Assembly (NCBI GenBank): GCA_001897675.1
Contig: MKUE01000105.1
Span: 2,567 to 66,566, forward strand
Length of the DNA stretch: 64,000 nt
DNA from: Thiobacillus sp. 65-1059
Lineage (GTDB): Bacteria; Pseudomonadota; Gammaproteobacteria; Burkholderiales; Thiobacillaceae
Reading direction: 5' to 3'
Position 1 is the first letter of the stretch; each line of letters begins with the position of its first letter. A program made the translations under genes and the position numbers. Below are positions 29,389 to 40,118 of the stretch, piece by piece. A model generated the notes under the pieces. The model was not told the DNA's origin, made no database searches, and saw nothing but the letters and a program-made list of their open reading frames with translations.

Positions 29389-30189
29389 CTACTGCCGGAA
29401 CATGGGGTAGGCCTCACGCAAGGCCTTCATCCATTTTTCGCTTCCGGTGAGCTGCGCGATCTGTTCGGGGAACAGCAAAAAACCCGCCAGCACCGCCATC
29501 AGGCAGACCAGGATCACCGTGCCGAAAATGCTTTCCGGCCGCAATACGCCCCAGTAGCGACTGACCAGGAATAGCGTGTCTTTCCTGTGTTCCGACATCG
29601 ACACCCAGCGGCGCAGCAGCTTGACCGCGAGGTAGGCCGCATAGCCTCCGGCCAGCGAGGCAAACACGATGCGGAACAGGGCGAACACGTCGAGCCCGCC
29701 GCCGAGATACTGGTGGTACAGCCAGGACACGAAACCCAGCGACAGCGAGGCCAGAATCGCGATGGCGACGTTGATGAACAGGCGCCGTCGCTCGCGTGCA
29801 AGGTCGCGCTGCCGCTCGATGAAGAAGCCGTCGACTTCCTGCTTGAAGTATTCGACCTTTTCCTGCACCAGGGCGGAGATTTCCGTTTTGGCGCGGACGA
29901 TGCGCTCGTCCATCAGCGTGCCGAGCTTTTCGCCGGCGTAATCGACCAGCTCGCGCACGTCGTCCTTGGTGAACTGCCGCTGTTCGTGCAGTTCGTCGGA
30001 AATCTTGTCGAGCTTGGCGTCGATTTCCTGGCTGGCCTGCCAGATGACGTCCTTCAGTTCGGTGCCGGCCTGCGAGACGCCGACCTTCACCACATCCGCG
30101 AGGCGCTCGCCGGCGTGGTCGATCGCCTCGCGCGACACTTCGGCGAGGCTCTCCTTTGCGTGATCGATGGTTTTGTCGAACAGGGCCAT
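29389..30189 (-). CDS. Hypothetical membrane protein (N-terminal helical repeat region + 3-4 TM segments)
   Basis: 266 aa. It carries an internal repeat, TIDHAKESLAEVS / AIDHAGERLADVV, then a charged helical region, then hydrophobic segments (FINVAIAILASLSLGFVSWL, IVFASLAGGYAAYLAV, GTVILVCLMAVLAGFLLF). I recognise no family. Confidence 0.6.
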   Translation of the reverse strand: MALFDKTIDHAKESLAEVSREAIDHAGERLADVVKVGVSQAGTELKDVIWQASQEIDAKLDKISDELHEQRQFTKDDVRELVDYAGEKLGTLMDERIVRAKTEISALVQEKVEYFKQEVDGFFIERQRDLARERRRLFINVAIAILASLSLGFVSWLYHQYLGGGLDVFALFRIVFASLAGGYAAYLAVKLLRRWVSMSEHRKDTLFLVSRYWGVLRPESIFGTVILVCLMAVLAGFLLFPEQIAQLTGSEKWMKALREAYPMFRQ

Positions 30190-30205
30190 GTCAGGTGAGC
30201 CGTGC

Positions 30206-30808
30206 CTATTTGCTGGCGCCGATGCGGGCTTCCTGGCCAGTCGCCAGCTTGATGAGGTTGTTCTTGTGACGATAGACCAGCAGCAGGGCGATCACCAGCA
30301 CGCTCATGGCCACGTCGTCCCAGCCCATCAGCAGCCCCGCGTAGACCGGAGCGAGCGCGGCGGTGGTCAGCGCGGCGAGCGAGGAAATGCGGAACACCCC
30401 TGCCATGAGCAGCCAGGTGGCGAGGCACGCCAGCCCAAGCCAGGGATTGAGGCCGACGAGTACGCCGAGCGCGGTGGCTACGCCCTTGCCGCCCTGGAAA
30501 CGGAAAAACACGGGGAACAGGTGGCCGATGAACACCGCCAGCGCGCACAGCAGGGCAATGTCCTCGCCGAGGCCGAACTGCGGCGCCAGCATGCGCGCCA
30601 GCATCACCGCCACCCAGCCTTTGAGGGCGTCGCCGAGCAGCGTCAGTGCGGCTGCGGCTTTGCGCCCGGTGCGCAGCACATTGGTGGCGCCGGGGTTACC
30701 CGATCCGAAGCTGCGCGGGTCGGGCAGGCGCATGGCGCGGCTGACGATCACGGCAAACGATAACGAGCCCAGCAGGTAGGCGACAGCAATAAACAACAGC
30801 GTGGTCAT
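30206..30808 (-). CDS. plsY: Glycerol-3-phosphate acyltransferase PlsY
   Basis: Trimmed to ATG 30808. [24 protein letters not shown]...[12 protein letters not shown]...GGKGVAT motifs. Confidence 0.93.
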   Translation of the reverse strand: MTTLLFIAVAYLLGSLSFAVIVSRAMRLPDPRSFGSGNPGATNVLRTGRKAAAALTLLGDALKGWVAVMLARMLAPQFGLGEDIALLCALAVFIGHLFPVFFRFQGGKGVATALGVLVGLNPWLGLACLATWLLMAGVFRISSLAALTTAALAPVYAGLLMGWDDVAMSVLVIALLLVYRHKNNLIKLATGQEARIGASK

Positions 30809-30859
30809 AAACAAGTCAGTAAAATGGCGCGTTTGGGTTGGGCCCACGGGGGCTGCGCG

Positions 30860-31222
30860 ATGGATATTTTATTTTTGCGGGACTTCCGTCTCGAACTGAT
30901 TATCGGCATATACGAGTGGGAACGCAAAGTGCCGCAACCGGTGCGGCTCGATCTGGAGATCGGCCTGCCCCACAGCAAGGCCGGCGGCACCGACAACGTG
31001 GCCGACACCATCGACTACGGTGCGGTGGCCCGGCGGGTGAAGGAATACCTGCACAACGCGCCGCAACCCATCACCCTGGTCGAATCGGTCGCCGAGCACG
31101 TCGCCGCCATCGTGCGCGATGAATTCGGCGCGCCGTGGGTGAAGGTGTCGGTGACCAAATTCGCCATCGTGCCGGGGATCAAGGAACTCGGCATCACCAT
31201 CGAGCGCGGTATGCGCCTGTGA
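30860..31222 (+). CDS. folB: Dihydroneopterin aldolase
   Basis: Trimmed to ATG 30860. [35 protein letters not shown]...DTIDYGAV. Divergent from plsY, as in E. coli. Confidence 0.9.
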   Translation: MDILFLRDFRLELIIGIYEWERKVPQPVRLDLEIGLPHSKAGGTDNVADTIDYGAVARRVKEYLHNAPQPITLVESVAEHVAAIVRDEFGAPWVKVSVTKFAIVPGIKELGITIERGMRL

Positions 31223-31956
31223 GCCTGGAGCACATGGCCGCGATGGCGGCCATCCTGCTGGCGGCGTATCTCATCCGCGGCATCACCGGCTTCGGCTCGG
31301 GGCTGATTGCGGTGCCCTTGCTGGCGCTGTTTCTGCCGTTGCAGTTTGTCGTGCCTTTGATCCTGCTGCTGGATTTCACCGCATCGATCGTGATCGGGGG
31401 AGTTAATTTCAAGCGCGTGCATTGGAATGAAATCGGCATCCTGATTCCGTTCGGCATCGTCGGTGTGGTGCTGGGCACCAGCCTGCTGGTCAAGCTGCCG
31501 CCGGAGCCCATGCTGATTGCGCTGGCCGGATTCGTCTTCATTTTTGCCGTGCGCAGCGTGCTCGCCATCCGCGGCGACAGACCGGCTTCGCGCGCCTGGG
31601 CGGCGCCGGCCGCGCTCACAGGCGGCACCGTGGGGGCCTTGTTCGGCACCGGCGGGCCACCGTACGTGATTTACCTGACCCACCGCATCCGCGATAAAAG
31701 CGATTTGCGCGCGACTTTTTCGGCGCTGTTCTTTACCGAGGGGCTGACGCGTATCGCCAGCTTTCTGGTCGCCGGGCTATTGATGACGGCCAAGGTGTGG
31801 ACCGCGTATTTGGCCGCACTGCCGCTGGTGCTGGGTGCGTTGTATCTGGGCGGACGCGTGCACGTGGGCCTGAGCCAGACGCAGATGACGCGGCTGGTCG
31901 GCTTGCTGTTGCTGGTGTCGAGCATATCGTTGTTATTCAAGGCCCTGAACGCATGA
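31219..31956 (+). CDS. TauE/SafE-family anion (sulfite-type) exporter
   Basis: About 245 aa and multi-TM. The two halves carry GITGFGSGLI and GALFGTGGPPY motifs. GTG 31219 makes a GTGA overlap with the folB stop; ATG 31234 is an alternative. Confidence 0.8.
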   Translation: MSLEHMAAMAAILLAAYLIRGITGFGSGLIAVPLLALFLPLQFVVPLILLLDFTASIVIGGVNFKRVHWNEIGILIPFGIVGVVLGTSLLVKLPPEPMLIALAGFVFIFAVRSVLAIRGDRPASRAWAAPAALTGGTVGALFGTGGPPYVIYLTHRIRDKSDLRATFSALFFTEGLTRIASFLVAGLLMTAKVWTAYLAALPLVLGALYLGGRVHVGLSQTQMTRLVGLLLLVSSISLLFKALNA

Positions 31957-32909
31957 GTGAAGCCGAATCGCTGCATTTTCAATCCGTCTCGTTCACCGGG
32001 CTGGCGCCGGGTGCGCGCCTGATCGTGCTGGGTGCGGTGCACGGCAATGAAACCTGCGGCACGCAGGCGATCCGCCAGGTGATTGCGGAGATCGAGTCCG
32101 GCCGACTGGGTATTGCCAAGGGCAGCGTGACGTTCGTGCCGGTCACCAATCCGCTGGCCTATGCCCGCCAGCGGCGCATGGGCGACCGCAATCTCAACCG
32201 CAACCTTGCGCCCACCGACACGCCGCTTGAGTTCGAGGACCGCATCGCCAACTGGCTGTGCCCCCTGCTGGCGCAGCACGACGTGCTGCTCGACCTGCAT
32301 TCGTTCCACACGGCGGGCGAGCCCTTCGTGATGCTGGGACCGCAAGACAATGACGGCGCGCTGGAGCCGTTTGCGCGCGCGGCCGAGGAAACGGCGCTGG
32401 CATTGCGCCTGGGCGTGCGTCGCTTCGTCGATGGCTGGCTCGACACCTACGCGGCAGGCGTCGCGCGCCGCCTAGCGGCGGGGGTGTCGGCACGCGAAGC
32501 CGACGTGCATTACGGCGTCGGCACCACCGAATACATGCGGGCCCAGGGCGGCATCGCGCTCACGCTCGAGTGCGGCCAGCACGACGATCCCGCCGCGCCC
32601 GCCGTGGCCTATCGTGCACTGCATAACACGCTGGCGCACCTGGGCCTGACCGCGGCGGGGGATCCGGCGCCGGCGACGGACACCGAAACGTTGCGCCTGT
32701 ACCGGGTCATCGACCGCGCCCATCCTGGCGACGCATTTGCACGTGGCTGGTCGAGTTTCGACCGCGTGCATGCCGGCGAAACGATCGGCACGCGCCACGA
32801 CGGCACGCCGGTGACGGCGGATCGCGATGGCTGCATCGTGTTTCCCAACCCCGGCGCGCTGCCGGGGCAGGAGTGGTTTTATCTGGCGAGCCCGAGCCTG
32901 CGGGTGTGA
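31953..32909 (+). CDS. Succinylglutamate desuccinylase/aspartoacylase (AstE/AspA, M14-like) family zinc hydrolase
   Basis: Trimmed to ATG 31953 (ATGA overlap with the tauE stop). Metal-site pattern GAVHGNETCG...DLHS. 318 aa. Confidence 0.8.
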   Translation: MSEAESLHFQSVSFTGLAPGARLIVLGAVHGNETCGTQAIRQVIAEIESGRLGIAKGSVTFVPVTNPLAYARQRRMGDRNLNRNLAPTDTPLEFEDRIANWLCPLLAQHDVLLDLHSFHTAGEPFVMLGPQDNDGALEPFARAAEETALALRLGVRRFVDGWLDTYAAGVARRLAAGVSAREADVHYGVGTTEYMRAQGGIALTLECGQHDDPAAPAVAYRALHNTLAHLGLTAAGDPAPATDTETLRLYRVIDRAHPGDAFARGWSSFDRVHAGETIGTRHDGTPVTADRDGCIVFPNPGALPGQEWFYLASPSLRV

Positions 32910-32912
32910 GGG

Positions 32913-33803
32913 TCAGCCGCGCGGATGATGCTGTGCATGCAACTGCTTCAGCCGTTCGCGCGCCACATGGGTGTAAATCTGCGTGGTGGAAATGTCGCTG
33001 TGCCCGAGCAGCATCTGCACTACCCGCAGGTCGGCGCCGTGGTTCAGCAGATGGGTGGCGAATGCGTGGCGCAGCGTGTGTGGCGACAGCGGGCGCGTGA
33101 TTCCGGCAAGGCGGGCGCGGCGCTTGATGAGGTACCAGAACGCCTGCCGCGTCATGCCGCCGCCACGCGCGGTGATGAACATCGCATCGCTCAGCTGCTT
33201 TCCCTGCAATTGCGGGCGGGCGTCCGACAGATAGCGCCGCAGCCACAGCACCGCTTCCTCCCCCAGCGGCACCAGCCGGTCCTTGTTGCCCTTGCCGGTC
33301 ACGCGCAGCACGCCGTCGCCGAGATTGACCGCGGCCAGCTTCAGCCCCACCAGTTCCGACACCCGCAAGCCGGTGGCGTACAGGGTTTCCAGCATCGCGC
33401 GGTCGCGTAGTCCCGGCGGCGTGTCGGGAGCGGTGCTGTCGAGCAGACGCGCCACATCGGCCTCGGTCAGTGTCCTGGGCAGCGCGCGCGACAGCTTGGG
33501 GCTGTCCAGATTGAGCGTGGGGTCGGTGGCGATCAGGCGCTCGCGCAACAGATAACGATAAAACCGCTTCAGCGCCGAGGTGTAGCGGGCTGCGCTGCGG
33601 GGCTGGGTGCGGCGGGCGAAACGCCATGCCAGATAGGCTTCGAGATCGCCCGCCACGGCGGCATCGAGTCCACGGGCGCGTTCCTTCTCCAGCCAGGCGG
33701 CAAAGCTTTCCAGGTCGCGCCGGTAGGCTGCCAGCGTCAGGTTCGCCAGCCCGTCTTCCAGCCACAGGTGATCGCAAAACCGCTCAATCAGTATGCCGCT
33801 CAT
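32913..33803 (-). CDS. xerD: Site-specific tyrosine recombinase XerD
   Basis: 296 aa. FCDHLWLEDGLANLTLAAYRRDL, catalytic ATGLRVSEL...HTLRHAFATHLLNHGADLRVVQMLLGHSDISTTQIYTHV. Confidence 0.93.
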   Translation of the reverse strand: MSGILIERFCDHLWLEDGLANLTLAAYRRDLESFAAWLEKERARGLDAAVAGDLEAYLAWRFARRTQPRSAARYTSALKRFYRYLLRERLIATDPTLNLDSPKLSRALPRTLTEADVARLLDSTAPDTPPGLRDRAMLETLYATGLRVSELVGLKLAAVNLGDGVLRVTGKGNKDRLVPLGEEAVLWLRRYLSDARPQLQGKQLSDAMFITARGGGMTRQAFWYLIKRRARLAGITRPLSPHTLRHAFATHLLNHGADLRVVQMLLGHSDISTTQIYTHVARERLKQLHAQHHPRG

Positions 33804-34263
33804 GCGCCAGCAGCCAGGTTTTCACGTCCAGCGGCGTACCGCCGGACGAATGCATGAAGCCGCCCAGGCCGTGTGCCGCCACCACGCGATGGCAGGGGAT
33901 GAGGATGGGCAGGGGGTTAGATCCGCATGCCTGGCCCACCGCGCGTGCGGCGGTGCCGAGCCGTTTTGCCAGTGCGCCATAGGTGGTCGGCTGTCCGGGC
34001 GGAATGCCCAGCAGTGCGTGCCACACCCGCAACTGGAACGGCGTGCCCTGCGGCACGAAGAGCAAATCGAAGGCGTGGGCGGGGTCGTTCCAGTAGGCAT
34101 CCAGTTCGCGGGCCAGCTGCTGGGTGCGGCCGTCCCGCCGCGCAGAGGCCGGCGTGTCTGCCGGCAAAAAATCCAGCCGCGTCAGCGCGTCGCCGGTGAA
34201 GCCGGCGCCGAGGCGGCACATCGGGGCAGGAAGAATGGCGTCGTAGGCATGCATGAACACCAT
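33784..34263 (-). CDS. ogt: Methylated-DNA--protein-cysteine methyltransferase
   Basis: 159 aa with the active site IPCHRVV and TYGALAKRLG. It overlaps the xerD start by 20 nt. Confidence 0.9.
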   Translation of the reverse strand: MVFMHAYDAILPAPMCRLGAGFTGDALTRLDFLPADTPASARRDGRTQQLARELDAYWNDPAHAFDLLFVPQGTPFQLRVWHALLGIPPGQPTTYGALAKRLGTAARAVGQACGSNPLPILIPCHRVVAAHGLGGFMHSSGGTPLDVKTWLLAHERHTD

Positions 34264-34290
34264 TCTAGCCGAGGCTTGCGCGCGCCCTGG

Positions 34291-34785
34291 CTAGAACAGC
34301 GGTACCAGCTTGTAGCCCTGGGTTTGCCAGCCGATCAGCGAAATGAAGCCGTCGCCCACCAGTTGCATGCCGGGCAGGATCGTCGCGTTGTCCACATTGA
34401 ACACGCGGGTGGCGACGGCGCACACTTCATGCCTGACGCCGAGGTCGTTCAGTGCCTGGACGTGGCTGGCGATGGCCTGGAGGCTGTCGCCGTGCTCCAG
34501 TTCGAGTTCGCCATCCGGCGCCGTGGTCAGGAAGCGGACCGTGGGGCCGATGTAGACGATCACGAAATCGGGCTTTACCCCTTGCCGCAGCATGCCGGCA
34601 TGGGTGCCCTTGATGATGTCGAGATAGAACGCGGTTTTTTTGGGATCGGCAAAGTCGATCAGGAACACGCCTTTGCCTTGTTCGACGCCCTGCAGGGCGC
34701 GACTGTCGTTGATGGGGGACGCCAGGGCGAAGCCGCTGAAGGCCAGCAGCATCAGGGTGGCAAGACGGATGAGGGTGCGTTTCAT
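34291..34785 (-). CDS. Secreted DsrE/DsrF-like family protein
   Basis: 164 aa with a signal peptide MKRTLIRLATLMLLAFSGFALA. DsrE-like fold pattern (KGVFLIDFADP..., VIVYIGPTV, single Cys in RHEVCAVA). Confidence 0.7.
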   Translation of the reverse strand: MKRTLIRLATLMLLAFSGFALASPINDSRALQGVEQGKGVFLIDFADPKKTAFYLDIIKGTHAGMLRQGVKPDFVIVYIGPTVRFLTTAPDGELELEHGDSLQAIASHVQALNDLGVRHEVCAVATRVFNVDNATILPGMQLVGDGFISLIGWQTQGYKLVPLF

Positions 34786-34829
34786 GAGGGTGAAGGACTC
34801 CGTGGGATGAAGCGGGATCGCGCCGATCG

Positions 34830-35090
34830 CTATTCGCGCGGGCCGGCGCTGGCTTGGCGGACGGCGTCGAGATCGACCAGGCTGCAGCTAGTCTTGCGGC
34901 AGGCCAGGCAATCGTCCGTGCCGGGAACGTGCTCGAAGGCGCAGGTGCGCGCTTTCAGCATGGCCCAATCGGCTGTGGCGTAAGCATGCGAGGGCAGATT
35001 GGGCGGGTAGTACACGCAGCCGAAACAATAGGTTTCGACCGCCCGGCTGGGGGTGTCCGACATGGGAATGGTTTCCTTTCCGGGTTTCAT
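34830..35090 (-). CDS. Small Cys-rich protein (CxxC...C...CxxC...C), unknown family
   Basis: 86 aa from ATG 35090 (ATGA overlap with the TetR stop); ATG 35063 with an AGGA SD is an alternative. Cys pattern YCFGC...TCAF...DCLAC...SCS. Confidence 0.55.
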   Translation of the reverse strand: MKPGKETIPMSDTPSRAVETYCFGCVYYPPNLPSHAYATADWAMLKARTCAFEHVPGTDDCLACRKTSCSLVDLDAVRQASAGPRE

Positions 35091-35674
35091 GACGCCGCCA
35101 CCGCCCGCCAGGCGCAGGCCCATACTTCGTCCAGGTAGGTCGGCAAGGGATGCGGCAGGATGCCGTCCAGGCGCGCGGTAATCATCCGGATGGGGCCGCC
35201 GAACAGGCAGGTGGAGGCGACCATGGCATCCATTTGGCGGATTTCCCCGCGTGCCATGCCGCGACTGAGCATCTCGCGCATTCGGGCAAACGGGCGCGAG
35301 GAGCAGACCGGCGGTTCGTCGGGCAAGAATTCCCGATGCCGCGCATACAACATGAAGGCCATTGCCTGGGGCTGCGTCTCGGTCAGCTCGAACAGGCGCG
35401 TCACCAGCTCGCGAGCCCGATCATGGCTGCTGTCCGTCTGACGTTCGATTTCGTCGATGAGTTGCAGCATGCGGGCGGTTAGCGTCGCGTACAGCGCACG
35501 GGCCAGTCCTTCCTTGTCGCCGAAATGGTGATAGATCGAGCCGATGCTTACGCCGGCCGTGCGGCTGATGTCGTGTACCGAAGTCGCGAAATACCCCCTG
35601 TCGGTGAAGAGGTGGAGGGCGGCATCCAGAACCAGGGTGCGAGTGTCTTCGCGCTGAGCGGCGATTTCCGGCAT
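35087..35674 (-). CDS. TetR/AcrR-family transcriptional regulator
   Basis: 195 aa with an N-terminal HTH (LVLDAALHLFTDRGYFATSVHDISRTAGVSIGSIYHHFGDKEGL). Confidence 0.9.
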   Translation of the reverse strand: MPEIAAQREDTRTLVLDAALHLFTDRGYFATSVHDISRTAGVSIGSIYHHFGDKEGLARALYATLTARMLQLIDEIERQTDSSHDRARELVTRLFELTETQPQAMAFMLYARHREFLPDEPPVCSSRPFARMREMLSRGMARGEIRQMDAMVASTCLFGGPIRMITARLDGILPHPLPTYLDEVWACAWRAVAAS

Positions 35675-35685
35675 GATGAGCCAAC

Positions 35686-35705
35686 TAGAACGAACGTTCG
35701 TTCTA
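35686..35705. promoter_or_regulatory. Perfect 20-bp palindrome TAGAACGAACGTTCGTTCTA, candidate TetR operator
   Basis: Read directly. It ends 11 nt upstream of the TetR ATG, with TTAAAT immediately upstream on the minus strand. Confidence 0.65.
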
Positions 35706-35771
35706 ATTTAAGGCGAGGAGCGCGCGGAGTCAAGCCCCTCTGCCTTGCAGGCCCGGGCAAGGTCAAGCAAG

Positions 35772-35814
35772 CACCAACAAAAATGCCCGCATGAAGCGGG
35801 CATTTTTGTTGGTG
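35772..35814. terminator. Bidirectional rho-independent terminator after rplS
   Basis: 19-bp perfect inverted repeat CACCAACAAAAATGCCCGC / GCGGGCATTTTTGTTGGTG with a 5-nt loop. The A/T runs lie inside the arms. Confidence 0.8.
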
Positions 35815-35825
35815 CAGAAGGATGC

Positions 35826-36209
35826 TTATTCGGCAGCCGTGGCAGTTGCCTTGCGGCTGGGCAGCTTTTCCTTGATGCGGGCGGATTTGCCGGAACGCTC
35901 GCGCAGGTAGTACAGCTTGGCGCGGCGCACGTCGCCGCGGCGCTTGACTTCGATACCGGCGACCAGCGGCGAATAGGTCTGGAAAGTGCGCTCGACGCCT
36001 TCGCCCGCGGAGATCTTGCGCACGGTGAAGGCGGAGTTGAGGCCGCGGTTGCGCTTGGCGATGACCACGCCTTCGTAGGCCTGCAGACGCTCGCGGGTGC
36101 CTTCCTTCACTTTCACCTGGACGACGACGGTGTCGCCGGGGGCAAACACGGGGATGGTTTTGCCCAGGCGCGCGATTTCTTCCTGTTCGAGTTGCTCGAT
36201 GATGTTCAT
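35826..36209 (-). CDS. rplS: 50S ribosomal protein L19
   Basis: 127 aa: [65 protein letters not shown].... The track's 198-aa ORF is a 5' over-extension. Confidence 0.97.
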   Translation of the reverse strand: MNIIEQLEQEEIARLGKTIPVFAPGDTVVVQVKVKEGTRERLQAYEGVVIAKRNRGLNSAFTVRKISAGEGVERTFQTYSPLVAGIEVKRRGDVRRAKLYYLRERSGKSARIKEKLPSRKATATAAE

Positions 36210-36283
36210 GACATTTCCTTGCTTCTGGCGTGAGAGGTGCACCGCTGCGGGTGGACGTCGCGCCGTTTCATATTGGCCCGGGG

Positions 36284-37048
36284 TTAGCGGGCCGCTTCGT
36301 TCTGCTGCGCACCGGAGGGGTGCGCAGCGAGAATATCCTGTTCCTGCTTCGACAGCACGCGCCTGGCCAGCAGGTCGGGGCGATGCGCTGCCGTGATCGT
36401 CAGGCTTTGCTGCAGCCGCCATTGTGCAATCGCGGCGTGGTTACCACTTCTCAACACGTCCGGCACCGCCATGCCCTGCCACACCTCGGGCCGGGTGTAG
36501 TGCGGGCAGTCGAGCAGGCCATTGGCGAAGGAGTCCTCCGCCGCCGAATCCGCATCGTTCAGCGCGCCCGGCAGTTGCCGGATGAGGGCGTCCATCAGTG
36601 CGAGCGCGGGGAGTTCGCCGCCCGACAGCACGAAGTCGCCGAGCGAGAGTTCCTCGTCCACGCGGCGCTGCAACAGCCGCTCGTCGATGCCCTCATAACG
36701 CCCGCACAGCAATACCAGCGCAGGCTTTTCCTTCAGTTCCATCACCCGCCGATGCGTCAACGGGCGGCCGCGGGGTGAAAAATGCACCACCCACGGGGTC
36801 GAATTTTCGCTGCCAAGATCCTGCTGCACCGCGTTCAGCGTGCGGTCCAGCGGATCGGCCAGCATCAGCATCCCGGGGCCGCCGCCGTAAGGGCGGTCGT
36901 CCACCGTGCGGTGCGGATCGCCGGTGAAATCGCGCGGATTCCAGGCCTTGAACCGGTACAGTCCGCGATCCAGCGCCCGCCGGGTGATGCCGTAATCCAG
37001 CACGGCATCGAACATCTCGGGGAAGAGCGTGACCGCGTCGAAGCGCAT
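36284..37048 (-). CDS. trmD: tRNA (guanine37-N1)-methyltransferase
   Basis: 254 aa. [13 protein letters not shown]...[13 protein letters not shown]...[13 protein letters not shown]...[14 protein letters not shown]. Confidence 0.96.
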   Translation of the reverse strand: MRFDAVTLFPEMFDAVLDYGITRRALDRGLYRFKAWNPRDFTGDPHRTVDDRPYGGGPGMLMLADPLDRTLNAVQQDLGSENSTPWVVHFSPRGRPLTHRRVMELKEKPALVLLCGRYEGIDERLLQRRVDEELSLGDFVLSGGELPALALMDALIRQLPGALNDADSAAEDSFANGLLDCPHYTRPEVWQGMAVPDVLRSGNHAAIAQWRLQQSLTITAAHRPDLLARRVLSKQEQDILAAHPSGAQQNEAAR

Positions 37049-37548
37049 CAGTAGTCTTCGCCCCAGTCCACCTCGATCGTCCCGCCGGCCAGGTCCACCT
37101 TGCCGACAAAGGCCGCCACGAACGGAATCAGGTGCTCGCGCGCGCCCTTGACGACCAGCAGGTCGTTCGCGCCGCCTTCCATCAGGCTGTCGACCTTGCC
37201 TAGTTCGGCGCCTTCGCGGTTGACCACGGTCAGGCCGATCAGGTCGGACCAGTAGAACTCGTTTTCTTCCGGCGGCGGCAGATCGCGTTTCGCCACCGAG
37301 ATTTCCTGTCCGCGCAGGGCGTAGGCCGCGTCGCGATCGTCGATGCCGGCCAGTTTTGCGACCAGGGCCTTGCCGTGGTCCTGGACGGCCTCGACGCTGT
37401 AATGCGCCTGCTGCTCGCCGCGCCCGAGGCGCCAGGACGCGAAATCCATCAGCGTGCCCGGGTCTTCGCTGTAGGGCTGGACCTTGATCCAGCCCTTGAT
37501 GCCGAACGGGGCGGCGATGCGCCCCATAACGACCCAGTCGTTATTCAA
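37048..37548 (-). CDS. rimM: Ribosome maturation factor RimM
   Basis: 166 aa. [18 protein letters not shown]...; PRC-barrel C-terminus. TGATG 1-nt overlap with trmD. Confidence 0.93.
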   Translation of the reverse strand: MNNDWVVMGRIAAPFGIKGWIKVQPYSEDPGTLMDFASWRLGRGEQQAHYSVEAVQDHGKALVAKLAGIDDRDAAYALRGQEISVAKRDLPPPEENEFYWSDLIGLTVVNREGAELGKVDSLMEGGANDLLVVKGAREHLIPFVAAFVGKVDLAGGTIEVDWGEDY

Positions 37549-37584
37549 AGCGAACAGCCGCCCCAGGCTTCTTGCTCAGCCAAA

Positions 37585-37839
37585 TCAGGCAGCGGCAGCG
37601 GGCTTGTTCTGCTTGACCAGACGGGCGACGGTGTCGGACATCTGCGCGCCGTTGCTCACCCAATAGCCGATGCGTTCCTGGTCCAGGCGCACGGCTTCGG
37701 CACCCGCGGCGGCCACCGGATTGTAGAAGCCGACGCGCTCGATGAAGCGACCATCACGGCGGCAGCGCGAATCGGCCACCACGACGTTGTAGAAGGGACG
37801 GTTTTTGGCGCCGCCGCGCGAAAGACGAATAACGACCAT
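37585..37839 (-). CDS. rpsP: 30S ribosomal protein S16
   Basis: 84 aa: [41 protein letters not shown].... Confidence 0.97.
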   Translation of the reverse strand: MVVIRLSRGGAKNRPFYNVVVADSRCRRDGRFIERVGFYNPVAAAGAEAVRLDQERIGYWVSNGAQMSDTVARLVKQNKPAAAA

Positions 37840-37913
37840 GATTCAACCCACCGGGTAAACGGAGAAAACCGCGAATTATACTCAAAAACCACGGGCTTGC
37901 CAGTGGGCAGGCT

Positions 37914-39257
<1,344 letters not shown>

Positions 39258-39324
39258 GGCTTCCTTGTTGCCGTTATGGACGGCATGGATAATGGGGCTG
39301 GCTGAATCATTTCCATTTTAACGA

Positions 39325-40107
39325 ATGTCCCCGCTATTGCTGGTTACTTTGTGTGTAAGCGCGCTGTACGGCTGGGTCGCCTGGCGCCTGCAGCGCACGC
39401 CGCGCGCCGTATCGGTGCGCCGGTTGCTGCCGCTGGCCCTGCTGGCCCACGGCGCGCTGATTTATCATTCGGTGCTGGGGCAGGGCGACATCCGGCTGGG
39501 GTTCGGCAACTCCCTGTCGACGATTTTGTGGCTCACTGCGCTGGCCTACTGGCTGGCCAGCCAGGGTGCGCCGCTGGCGCGTCTGCAGTCCTGGGTCAGC
39601 GGGCTGGCGGCAGTGTCCGTGCTGATCATGGCGCTGTTCACCGCCACCCACGCCATTCCCAATTCGCAGGCGCTGGCCTTGCGCGCGCACCTGGTGGTGT
39701 CTTTTCTCGCCTATGGCTTGCTGGCCGTGGCCGCATTGCACGCGGTGCTGATGACCATGCTGGAAAAACAACTGCATCGCGGCTCGCTGCAAAACGGCGC
39801 GCCGCCCCTGCTGACGCTGGAGGCCATGTTGTTCAGGACCATCGGCGTCGGGTTTGCGCTGCTGACCCTGGCGCTGTTCAGCGGGGTGTTTTTTTCGGAA
39901 GAGCTGTTTGGCACGGCTTTGCAGTTCTCGCACAAAACCGTGTTCGCCATCCTGTCATGGCTGGTGTTCGGCGGCCTGCTGCTGGGGCGGCATTTCCGCG
40001 GCTGGCGCGGGCGCACCGCCCTGATCTGGACGATCACCGGTTTCACCCTGCTGCTGCTGGCCTATCTGGGCACCCAGTTCGTGCTGGAAGTGGTGCTCCG
40101 GCGTTGA
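39325..40107 (+). CDS. Cytochrome c assembly family (CcsA/YpjD-like) inner membrane protein
   Basis: 260 aa with about 8 TM segments. It is divergent from ffh and followed by a yfjD-like gene, as in E. coli. Confidence 0.8.
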   Translation: MSPLLLVTLCVSALYGWVAWRLQRTPRAVSVRRLLPLALLAHGALIYHSVLGQGDIRLGFGNSLSTILWLTALAYWLASQGAPLARLQSWVSGLAAVSVLIMALFTATHAIPNSQALALRAHLVVSFLAYGLLAVAALHAVLMTMLEKQLHRGSLQNGAPPLLTLEAMLFRTIGVGFALLTLALFSGVFFSEELFGTALQFSHKTVFAILSWLVFGGLLLGRHFRGWRGRTALIWTITGFTLLLLAYLGTQFVLEVVLRR

Positions 40108-40118
40108 GGCGGTGTTGA

